From contig JACRFB010000063.1 in NCBI GenBank assembly GCA_016218045.1, positions 68,226 through 132,225 of the forward strand: a stretch of 64,000 nucleotides of DNA. The letters run 5' to 3'. The notes below the pieces were generated by a model that saw only the letters and a program-made list of their open reading frames with translations, ran no database searches and was not told the DNA's origin. The position numbers were made by a program, and so were the translations under genes. The stretch comes from Ignavibacteriota bacterium. GTDB taxonomy: Bacteria; Bacteroidota; Ignavibacteria; SZUA-365. Below are positions 48,140 to 56,701 of the stretch, one piece after another; positions within the stretch are counted from its first letter, which is position 1; each line of letters starts with the position of its first letter.

Positions 48140-51100
48140 ATGAGAACCATGTTCGACCGCATCATTCTTGCGTGCTGTATAACGCTCGCTCTCGCCGCCG
48201 CCTCGTTTGCGCAGAAGGGTGACGAGAAGAAAAAATCCGATGATCCCTTCTCGCAGGGTACCTTCACGGGATTGAAGTTCCGGGGCATCGGACCCGCTCT
48301 GACCTCGGGGCGTATCGTCGACTTTGCCGTGGATCCGGGCAACCGCGCGCGCTACTTTGTGGCTGTCGCATGCGGCGGCATCTGGCGCACCACAAACGCC
48401 GGCACGAGCTACGAACCGGTGTTTGACGGACAGATGTCGTTCTCGATCGGCTGTCTCGCCATCGATCCGAACAACCCGCACACAGTGTGGGCGGGCACGG
48501 GTGAAAACAACAGCCAGCGAAGTGTCTCCTACGGCGACGGTGTGTATCGCTCCGACGATGGCGGCAATACATGGAAATGTATGGGTCTGAAAAAATCGGA
48601 ACACATCGGAAAGATTGTCATCGATCCGACAAATTCCCTTGTGGTCTACGTCGCGGCGCAAGGTCCGCTGTGGGGGCCGGGCGGAGACCGCGGCCTCTAC
48701 AAAACAACGGACGGCGGCAAGACGTGGAACGCCGTGCTCACCATCAGCGAGAACACGGGCATGACGGATCTTGTCATGGATCCCCGCGATTCGAAGGTGC
48801 TGTATGCCGCCTCCTATCAGCGCCGCAGGCATGTGTGGACGCTTATCAACGGCGGTCCCGAAGCCAACATCTACCGCAGCACCGACGCAGGCGCAAGCTG
48901 GGACACGCTGCGCAGCGGCCTTCCCGACGGCGACAAGGGCAGGATCGGACTCGCGATCTCTCCGGTCAATCCCGATATCGTCTATGCAACCATCGAGGCG
49001 TCTGAAGGCAAGGGCGGTTTCTTCCGCAGCACTAACAGGGGCATGACCTGGGAGAAACGCAACGACTTCGTGTCGGATGCCGCGCAGTATTATCAGGAGC
49101 TCGTGTGTGATCCGAAGGATGCGGACCGCGTGTATTACCTGCACACGATTCTCATGGTCACCGACGACGGCGGCAAGAACTGGCGCGCACTCGGGAACCG
49201 CCACAGGCATGTCGACGATCATGCCATGTGGATCGATCCACGTGATCCCGCGTATTACCTCGTGGGCGGCGACGGCGGCATCTACGAAAGTTTCGATCGC
49301 GGTGCGACGTGGAAGTATGCACCGAATCTTCCCGTGACGCAGTTCTATCGCGTGGCGGTGGACAATGCCGAACCGTTCTATAACATATACGGCGGCACGC
49401 AGGACAACTTCAGTCTCGGCGGCGCGTCACGGACAAACAAATCCGACGGAATCATGAGCGAGGACTGGTTCCTCACCAATGGCGGCGACGGTTTTGAATC
49501 ACAGATCGATCCCACTAATCCCGACATCGTGTACGCGCAGTCGCAGTATGGCGGACTCGTCCGTTTCGACAAGCGCAGCGGCGAGCGTCTCGACATACAG
49601 CCGCAGCCGGCGCCGGGTGAAGAGCCGTATCGGTGGAACTGGGATTCGCCGCTGCTTATCAGTCCGCACAATCCCTCCCGGTTGTACTTCTGCGCGAACC
49701 GTGTGTTCCGCAGCGACGACCGCGGCGCGTCGTGGCGTGCGGTCAGTCCGGATCTCTCGCGGCGTTTAAATCGCGATTCACTCCCCGTGATGGGCCGCGT
49801 CTGGCCGCCGGAAGCCGTCGCCAAAAATGCGTCCACATCCTTCTACGGCAACATCGTTTCCTTTGCGGAATCGCCACTGAAGGAGGGCCTGCTGTTTGTG
49901 GGAACGGACGACGGACTGATCCAGATGAGCCCCGACGGTGGCGCTACCTGGAGGCGTGTCGAGAGCGTGACGGGCGTGCCCGACCTCGCGTACGTCTCGT
50001 GTGTGCTCGTGTCGCAACATACCGCGGGCCGCCTGTACGTATCGTTCGACAATCACAAGATGGCCGACTTCGCGCCCTACGTGTACAGCAGCAGCGACGA
50101 GGGCAGGACATGGAAGTCCATCACCTCGAATCTCCCCGCCAACGGCGCTGTCTACACCCTTGCCGAGGATCACGTCAATCCCAACCTGCTCTTTGCAGGC
50201 ACCGAGTTCGGCATCTTCTTCTCGAACGACGGCGGCGCGAAGTGGATACAGTTGAAGGGTGGAATGCCGCCCATCGCGATACGCGACATCGCGGTGCAGA
50301 AGCGGGAGAACGATCTCGTGCTCGCATCGTTCGGACGCGGCTTCTATGTGCTCGACGACTACTCCGCGCTGCGCACGGCCACGGCGGAACAGCTCGGCTC
50401 AGCCGCGGTGATCTTCCCTGTGCGTGATGCGCTGATGTACATTCCGAGCACGGCACGGTACAAGGGCTATCAGGGCGAAACGTTTTTCACCGCGCCCAAT
50501 CCGGATTTCGGCGCGGTGTTCACGTATTACGTGAAGGACGTCCCGAAGACACGCAAACAACTGCGAAAGGAGGCGGAGAAGGAGGCGGCAAAGAAGAACG
50601 TCGCCCCGCGGTATCCAAGCATCGACGAGTTGCGCGCAGAGGACGAGGAAAAACCCGCGCAGTTCATCTTCACCATCACCGACGCCGCGGGTGCGCCCGT
50701 ACGTCGTCTCTCGACCGCCGCATCAAAAGGCATACAGCGTATCAGTTGGGATTTGCGTTATCCGGATATCAGTCCCGTTCGCGACGTCTCGTCCGCCAAC
50801 AGGGGATCGGGCATGTTTGTCACGCCCGGCGAGTATGCGGTCTCGCTGTCGCTGCTGCACAACGGTCTCGAGACGCCGCTTGCGGGACCCGTCCGATTCA
50901 CCGCCCGCGTACTCAACAACACCACGCTCCCCGCCTCCGACAGGGCCGCGCTTGTGTCGTTCCAGAAGGACGTGGCCACACTGCAGGCCATTGTGCTCGC
51001 CGCCGACCGCTACGCCGGAGAGCTGGCGACACGCCTCGGTTACATCAAGGGTGCGCTTGAAACGGCGACCCGCGCCGACGCCGCGATGCGCGCGCAGCAC

Positions 51101-51424
51101 GGAGCAATGGACAGCACGCTGCGTGTGCTGCGCCGCGCGTTGAACGGTGATCCGGCGAAGTCGCGCCGCAACGTGATAGAAGCACCATCCATCGTCGGCC
51201 GCCTGCAGAACATGGTGTACAGCCAGTGGTCGTCCACCTCTGCGCCAACGGGATTGAACCAGCAGGAATACCGTCACGTGAGCGCCGAGCTGCGCACCGT
51301 CATGGAGACGCTACGGCGGCTGGCCGACCGCGATCTGCCCACGCTCGAGAGGCAGCTCGATACCATCGACGCGCCGTGGACACCCGGCCGCATGCCCGAC
51401 GTCGAAGCGATTCCAAAACGCTGA
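48140..51424 (+). CDS. Secreted sortilin/VPS10-like BNR(Asp-box)-repeat protein (GH74-like two-propeller architecture)
   Basis: Signal peptide ending AAASFAQ. At least 10 Asp-box motifs (SDDGGNTW, TTDGGKTW, STDAGASW, STNRGMTW, TDDGGKNW, SFDRGATW, SDDRGASW, SPDGGATW, SSDEGRTW, SNDGGAKW). Confidence 0.7.
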   Translation: MRTMFDRIILACCITLALAAASFAQKGDEKKKSDDPFSQGTFTGLKFRGIGPALTSGRIVDFAVDPGNRARYFVAVACGGIWRTTNAGTSYEPVFDGQMSFSIGCLAIDPNNPHTVWAGTGENNSQRSVSYGDGVYRSDDGGNTWKCMGLKKSEHIGKIVIDPTNSLVVYVAAQGPLWGPGGDRGLYKTTDGGKTWNAVLTISENTGMTDLVMDPRDSKVLYAASYQRRRHVWTLINGGPEANIYRSTDAGASWDTLRSGLPDGDKGRIGLAISPVNPDIVYATIEASEGKGGFFRSTNRGMTWEKRNDFVSDAAQYYQELVCDPKDADRVYYLHTILMVTDDGGKNWRALGNRHRHVDDHAMWIDPRDPAYYLVGGDGGIYESFDRGATWKYAPNLPVTQFYRVAVDNAEPFYNIYGGTQDNFSLGGASRTNKSDGIMSEDWFLTNGGDGFESQIDPTNPDIVYAQSQYGGLVRFDKRSGERLDIQPQPAPGEEPYRWNWDSPLLISPHNPSRLYFCANRVFRSDDRGASWRAVSPDLSRRLNRDSLPVMGRVWPPEAVAKNASTSFYGNIVSFAESPLKEGLLFVGTDDGLIQMSPDGGATWRRVESVTGVPDLAYVSCVLVSQHTAGRLYVSFDNHKMADFAPYVYSSSDEGRTWKSITSNLPANGAVYTLAEDHVNPNLLFAGTEFGIFFSNDGGAKWIQLKGGMPPIAIRDIAVQKRENDLVLASFGRGFYVLDDYSALRTATAEQLGSAAVIFPVRDALMYIPSTARYKGYQGETFFTAPNPDFGAVFTYYVKDVPKTRKQLRKEAEKEAAKKNVAPRYPSIDELRAEDEEKPAQFIFTITDAAGAPVRRLSTAASKGIQRISWDLRYPDISPVRDVSSANRGSGMFVTPGEYAVSLSLLHNGLETPLAGPVRFTARVLNNTTLPASDRAALVSFQKDVATLQAIVLAADRYAGELATRLGYIKGALETATRADAAMRAQHGAMDSTLRVLRRALNGDPAKSRRNVIEAPSIVGRLQNMVYSQWSSTSAPTGLNQQEYRHVSAELRTVMETLRRLADRDLPTLERQLDTIDAPWTPGRMPDVEAIPKR

Positions 51425-51522
51425 TACGCGCCGTACTCATTCATCGATTTCGTACATTTCATAACGCAATTCGAGATGGCCGCACGCGCGGCCCCTATCA
51501 CACCAGAAGCAGGAGCGACAGC

Positions 51523-52548
51523 ATGCCCGAAGCACAATGGAAGGATTTCGAGACACTCGAGAGTTACATCGCCAAGGAGCAGTCGCTACACCCGCAGAGC
51601 CGCGGCGTGTTCTCGAATCTGCTACGGCGCATCGGCCTCGCGTCGAAGGTGATCGTGTCGAAGGCGCAGCGTGCAGGACTGATGGGTGTGCTGGGCGCGC
51701 ATGGCAGCGTGAACGTGCAGGGCGAACAGCAGCAGAAGCTCGATGTCATCGCCAACGAAGTGCTGAAGGATACGTTCCGATGGATGGACTCCGTCTCGGG
51801 CATGGCTTCGGAGGAGGAGGACGATGTAATGCATCTGCCTCCGCGGCCGCATCACGAGAGCCGGTACATCGTGATGTTCGATCCCCTCGACGGATCCTCG
51901 AACATCGACGCCAATGTGTCGGTCGGTACCATCTTCTCGATACACCGCCGCATGAGCATCGACGGTGAACCCATGCTCGAAGACTATCTGCAGCCCGGCC
52001 ACAGCCAGGTTGCCGCCGGCTACATCATCTATGGTCCAAGCACCATGTTCGTGTACACCACGGGCCACGGCGTGCACGGCTTCACACTGGACCAGGTGAT
52101 CGGCGAGTATGTGCTGTCGCACGAGGACATTCGTATACCGGACGTCTGCAAATGTTTCTCGGCGAACGACAGCAACTATCACAATTGGGACGAACCCACA
52201 AAAAAATTCGCCGACCATGTGCGCTACAGCCGCGAAGGCCGTTACGCCAAGACGACGTCGCGTTACATCGGCTCGATGGTCGCCGATCTGCATCGCAATC
52301 TCCTGTACGGCGGCATTTTTATGTATCCAGCCGACGCCGATACACGCAAGGGCAAGCTTCGCCTGCTGTATGAGGCCGCACCCATGGCCATGATTTACGA
52401 ACAGGCCGGCGGCGCAGCCACAACGGGCGAGAAGCGCATACTGCAGATCGAACCCGAGGAGTTGCATCAGCGCGTCCCGCTGATCATCGGCAACACCACG
52501 GAAGTGGAATTGTACGAAAAAATGCTGCGCGGCGAGGCGGCGCGGTAA
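51523..52548 (+). CDS. fbp: Fructose-1,6-bisphosphatase class 1
   Basis: Internal start MPEAQWKDFETLESYI after an AGGAG RBS. FBPase motifs (DPLDGSSNID, GSMVADLHRNLLYGGIF). The ORF-track N-terminal 99 aa is overextension. Confidence 0.85.
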   Translation: MPEAQWKDFETLESYIAKEQSLHPQSRGVFSNLLRRIGLASKVIVSKAQRAGLMGVLGAHGSVNVQGEQQQKLDVIANEVLKDTFRWMDSVSGMASEEEDDVMHLPPRPHHESRYIVMFDPLDGSSNIDANVSVGTIFSIHRRMSIDGEPMLEDYLQPGHSQVAAGYIIYGPSTMFVYTTGHGVHGFTLDQVIGEYVLSHEDIRIPDVCKCFSANDSNYHNWDEPTKKFADHVRYSREGRYAKTTSRYIGSMVADLHRNLLYGGIFMYPADADTRKGKLRLLYEAAPMAMIYEQAGGAATTGEKRILQIEPEELHQRVPLIIGNTTEVELYEKMLRGEAAR

Positions 52549-52576
52549 AACATCCGTTCGTATCCCTGTATTTGAA

Positions 52577-52614
52577 GCGGGTTTGGCAATGCCGGACCCG
52601 CTTTTCCTTTTTTC
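52577..52614 (+). terminator. Rho-independent terminator after fbp
   Basis: GCGGGTTTGGCA-a-TGCCGGACCCGC hairpin (with G.T wobbles) followed by TTTTCCTTTTTT. Confidence 0.55.
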
Positions 52615-52686
52615 GCAACTTTCGACGGTGTTCATCCGTATCTTGTCGATTCCTCACCCCGCCTGAACAACTTCAAGGATGAATCC

Positions 52687-54573
52687 ATGAGAACGAGAGC
52701 CACCGTTGTTGTGCTGCTGCTGATCCTCGTCGCCGGCTGCGCGAAAAAAGAGGAGAAGGCCGCGATTATCCCGATGAGGGACTTCTTCAAGAATCCTGAA
52801 AAATCGTATTACCAGGTCTCGCCCGGCGGCGGCTGGCTCGCCTTCACCGCGCCGTACGAAGCGCGCATGAACCTGTTTGTGCAGGCGGTGGGATCGAAGG
52901 ACGCGAAGCGCGTCACGTCCGTCACCGATCGCGACATCTCGAGCTACTTCTGGAAGGGCGACGACCGCCTCTGCTACGTGAAGGATTTTGGTGGCGATGA
53001 AAACTTCCACCTCTTTGCAGTGGACCGCGAGGGTACCGAGACCAAGGACCTCACACCGTTCCCCGGTGTGCGTGTCGAAGTGATCGACGCGCTCGAGGAC
53101 CACGCCACCGACATGCTCATCTCGATGAACAAGCGGAATCCCCAGATATTCGACGCGTATCGTGTCAACACCGCGACGGGTGAGATCACTCTGGTGCAGG
53201 AGAACCCGGGCTCGGTCACGCAGTGGGTGACCGATCACACAGGCGCGCTGCGTGTGGCCATTGCCACCGACGGCGTCAACAGCAGTCTATTGTACCGCGA
53301 TGGCGCGACGGGTCCGTTCAAGACCGTGCTCACGACCAATTTCAAGGAATCCTTCACGCCGATGTTCTTCACCTTCGACAACAAGAACATCTACGCCGCC
53401 TCGAATCTGAACAGAGACAAAGTGGCGATCGTCGAGTACGATCTCGCGGCGAACAAGGAGATCCGCGTGCTGTACGAGAATCCCGAGTACGACGCCGAGG
53501 GCCTGGGGTTCTCGCGTCTGCGCAAGGTGCTAACCGAGATCACCTACACCACTTGGAAATCGGAGCGGAAGATCCTTGACGCGCACACGCAGGACGTGTA
53601 CGATGCCATCGCGAAGGAAGCGCCCGATATGCTCGTGTATCTGATTTCGAACGACAAGGCCGAGACGAAGTACACCGTGCGCACCGTCAGCGACCGTTCG
53701 CTCGGCGCCTTCTATCTGTACGATGCCACGGCGAAGACACTCACGAAGCTCTCTGATCGTGCGCCCTGGCTCGACGCCTCGCAGATGGCCGAAATGAAGC
53801 CCATCAAATACACCTCGCGCGACGGTCTCACCATACACGGGTACCTCACGCTGCCGAAGGGATCCGACGGAAAGAATCTCCCGGTCGTGGTGAATCCGCA
53901 CGGCGGTCCGTGGGCGCGCGACGTGTGGGGCTTCCGTCCCGAGGTGCAGTTCCTCGCGAACCGCGGCTATGCAGTGCTGCAGATGAACTTCCGCGGATCC
54001 ACCGGCTACGGCAAGGACTTCTGGATGAAGTCGTTCAAGCAGTGGGGCCGCACGATGCAGGACGACATCAGCGATGGCGTGAAATGGCTGACCGACGAAG
54101 GCATCGCCGATCCGAAACGCATCGCCATCTACGGCGGCAGCTACGGCGGCTACGCCACACTCGCGGGCATCACCATTACGCCCGATCTCTACGCCGCGGC
54201 CATCGATTACGTGGGCGTGTCGAACATGTTCACGTTCATGAACACTATTCCGCCATACTGGGAGCCGTACCGCAAGATGTTCTACGAGATGGTGGGCGAT
54301 CCGAAGGCCGACAGTCTCATGCTCGCGGAAGTGTCGCCGGTATTCCTCGTCGACAAGATCAAGACGCCGCTGCTCGTCGCACAGGGCGCCAAGGATCCCC
54401 GCGTCAACGTGGAGGAATCGAATCAGATCGTGAACGCGCTGAAGAAAAAGGGCGTGGACGTGCAGTATATCGTGAAGGACAACGAAGGGCACGGGTTCCG
54501 CAACGAGGAGAATCGTTTTGAGTTCTACGATGCCATGGAGAAATTCCTCGATAAACATCTGATGGTGAAGTAG
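52687..54573 (+). CDS. S9-family serine peptidase (prolyl oligopeptidase/dipeptidyl aminopeptidase-like) lipoprotein
   Basis: Lipobox LVAGCAKK. N-terminal beta-propeller. C-terminal alpha/beta hydrolase with GGSYGGY nucleophile elbow, catalytic D and H. Confidence 0.8.
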   Translation: MRTRATVVVLLLILVAGCAKKEEKAAIIPMRDFFKNPEKSYYQVSPGGGWLAFTAPYEARMNLFVQAVGSKDAKRVTSVTDRDISSYFWKGDDRLCYVKDFGGDENFHLFAVDREGTETKDLTPFPGVRVEVIDALEDHATDMLISMNKRNPQIFDAYRVNTATGEITLVQENPGSVTQWVTDHTGALRVAIATDGVNSSLLYRDGATGPFKTVLTTNFKESFTPMFFTFDNKNIYAASNLNRDKVAIVEYDLAANKEIRVLYENPEYDAEGLGFSRLRKVLTEITYTTWKSERKILDAHTQDVYDAIAKEAPDMLVYLISNDKAETKYTVRTVSDRSLGAFYLYDATAKTLTKLSDRAPWLDASQMAEMKPIKYTSRDGLTIHGYLTLPKGSDGKNLPVVVNPHGGPWARDVWGFRPEVQFLANRGYAVLQMNFRGSTGYGKDFWMKSFKQWGRTMQDDISDGVKWLTDEGIADPKRIAIYGGSYGGYATLAGITITPDLYAAAIDYVGVSNMFTFMNTIPPYWEPYRKMFYEMVGDPKADSLMLAEVSPVFLVDKIKTPLLVAQGAKDPRVNVEESNQIVNALKKKGVDVQYIVKDNEGHGFRNEENRFEFYDAMEKFLDKHLMVK

Positions 54574-54605
54574 CTAGTAGATGGTAGATAGTAGGTTCTG
54601 TGAGG

Positions 54606-54638
54606 CCATGCCGTCCGAGAGGGCGGCATGGTTTTTTT
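54606..54638 (+). terminator. Rho-independent terminator after the S9 peptidase gene
   Basis: CCATGCCG-tccgagagg-CGGCATGG followed by TTTTTTT. Confidence 0.6.
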
Positions 54639-54744
54639 ACGGGGGATTGTGTGTGCATGGATGAGGGTGTGCATTGCCCGGACGGGAGATGGGAACGTAT
54701 ATTCGGATAATGAAATCGTGAATAGTTCTTTCGCGGGGGTGTCC

Positions 54745-56460
54745 ATGCGTGGTCGTGCTGTGTGGTGCGGAGTGTGTGTGGGTGTCATGCTGCTGTGTGC
54801 AGGCGCGGTGCGGGCGCAGGACAGTTTCTTCGACCAGGCGTTGCGCGGGCCGCGCGGGGTGTGGTCCACAGGCATGGGACTGTCGGGCGTCGCGCGCGCG
54901 ACACCCGTGGTGGGCTTCTCGTACAATCCCGCGGCGTTTGCGCACGCGACACGGACCACTGCGACGCTGTTCCGCGCGCCGACATACTCGTGCTGCGATC
55001 CGATCGTGCTCCGCACAGCTTCGGTGGTGACTCCCATGCCGCTGCTTGGGGGTGTTATAGGATTGGAGGTACTTGACGACAACTTTGGAGAAGTGTATTT
55101 CGGCAGCGATGGGAACCTCGGCCTGTATGCCGACTCACGGATTATCGGCGTCGCCCTCGGATTCGGCACATCTCTCGGCGAAGACGTGGCGATAGGCGCG
55201 GCCTTCCGCGTGTTGGAAAACACCATAGAAGCTGATCGACAGGAAAGTGGCCTGCACAGCACTGCTCATCACATCGGAATGAGCATTGGGGTGCAGTACA
55301 ATCCCGACATCCTCGACAGACGGCTGCGGGCCGGTCTGGCGATCCTGGAAATGGGTCCGGAAATCGTGTACATCGACGAGGCGCAAGCGGACCCCGCGCC
55401 GACCTCGCTGCGTTTGGGTCTGGACGCGGAGCTTGTCGACGATGGCACCGTGTCGCTTCCGCTTACAGTGGAAGTGTCGAAGGGACTCATCAAGCGGGGG
55501 CACGAATATCGTGCACGTCCCTCCTGGGAGGCGCTGTTCAGCGACTGGAATGCGGTGCCGCGCGACATGGTGTTGCATCTCGGAATCGGATTCCTGTGGC
55601 GGCCACTCGCGCTCGGAAACGGGTGGACGTTCGCAACAGGCGTGGCCGTCGGCAATGCGAGTGTGGGACCGGAATATCCCACCCTCAATTTTCGCAACCA
55701 GTTCACAGCGTCGTACACCACTTCAGTAGAAAAAGACGGATACAGCGTGGAAGTGGGTGTGGCGACAAGCTGGCATCGATTGCCGATATACAATTACTCG
55801 GGGATAGAACCGCCCACGCTGCCGAACGACATGTTCGAGGCGACGGTGTCGGTGCCGTGGGCGCCGGGTGCCGCCACGATCGCCGCTGCTCCCGCCGTGG
55901 CGCTCGAGCACATCACACTATCCCTCGGCGCCGGTTTCCGCTCCTATAGCGGATGGGCCGCGCCCGCTGAGGGCATCGTGTATCGCGACGCGCTCGACCT
56001 GGAAGGCGACGCCTCCTTTGCGCTGTCGCCACACAGCGCCGTGGCCTTGACGCTGCAGCACACACGCGGCGACGTCGACGTAATGTTTCCGATGAACGAG
56101 ACAGATCCGCCCGTCGTGTACGACACGTACCGGCATCGCGGCTGGACCGTGCTTTCGTCGTATCGGCTGCATCCGCTCGAGCAGTTCCGCGCGCTCTTCA
56201 TCGGCGCGGGGGCCGGCATCGTCTACGACCAGCATGGCACCTCGAACCGGCTGCGCATGCTCGCTATGCGGAAGGCGCTGCATCCCGCCTTCGCCGTGGA
56301 GGCCGGTGTCGACTGGCCCGCGGCGGGACACCTTGTGCTCACTCCCCACGTGCGCTGGACACTCGTGCCCGGAAAAATCGAACACGGCGAACCACTGCGC
56401 CTCGGCGCGTATCACGCACTTTCTTTCGGTGTGCGTGTGGGATGGCGGGAGGGAGAGTAG
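54745..56460 (+). CDS. Hypothetical secreted/outer-membrane protein upstream of giant T9SS cargo gene
   Basis: Internal start MRGRAVWCGVCVGVMLLCAGAVRAQ (signal peptide). Alternating hydrophobic patterns suggest a beta-barrel. No catalytic motifs. Confidence 0.3.
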   Translation: MRGRAVWCGVCVGVMLLCAGAVRAQDSFFDQALRGPRGVWSTGMGLSGVARATPVVGFSYNPAAFAHATRTTATLFRAPTYSCCDPIVLRTASVVTPMPLLGGVIGLEVLDDNFGEVYFGSDGNLGLYADSRIIGVALGFGTSLGEDVAIGAAFRVLENTIEADRQESGLHSTAHHIGMSIGVQYNPDILDRRLRAGLAILEMGPEIVYIDEAQADPAPTSLRLGLDAELVDDGTVSLPLTVEVSKGLIKRGHEYRARPSWEALFSDWNAVPRDMVLHLGIGFLWRPLALGNGWTFATGVAVGNASVGPEYPTLNFRNQFTASYTTSVEKDGYSVEVGVATSWHRLPIYNYSGIEPPTLPNDMFEATVSVPWAPGAATIAAAPAVALEHITLSLGAGFRSYSGWAAPAEGIVYRDALDLEGDASFALSPHSAVALTLQHTRGDVDVMFPMNETDPPVVYDTYRHRGWTVLSSYRLHPLEQFRALFIGAGAGIVYDQHGTSNRLRMLAMRKALHPAFAVEAGVDWPAAGHLVLTPHVRWTLVPGKIEHGEPLRLGAYHALSFGVRVGWREGE

Positions 56461-56580
56461 GGAGTAGGGAGTGGGGAGTGGGGTAGAGGGGAAGAGTGGG
56501 AGACGGGTAGAGGGGGACAGCGGGAGAGTGGGAGAGCGGGACAGCGGGAGCAGGGATTGGCGGCGTGGTGATTTGCCAGT
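56461..56580 (+). repeat. G/A-rich low-complexity repeat block (GGGAG-type units, G-quadruplex-capable)
   Basis: gggagtagggagtggggagtggggtagaggggaag...cgggacagcgggagcaggg, more than 12 GGG runs in 120 nt. Contains the 14-mer cgggacagcgggag, which recurs inverted at 63434-63447. Confidence 0.6.
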
Positions 56581-56701
56581 CAATATTGGCATAAGGAGCA
56601 ATGACCACGAGTGTCAAGGTCTTGTGGATTTATTCCCGATCTGTTCCGACTGAAATCCGTATATTTCTCCACCGAAACATTTCGCTCCTCCAGGATTTCG
56701 T

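Noticed and set aside
48140-51424. Sortilin/VPS10-like protein as eukaryotic contamination
   Set aside because: GC content, signal peptide, codon bias and flanking bacterial genes are continuous with the rest of the contig. BNR-repeat VPS10-like proteins are known in bacteria.
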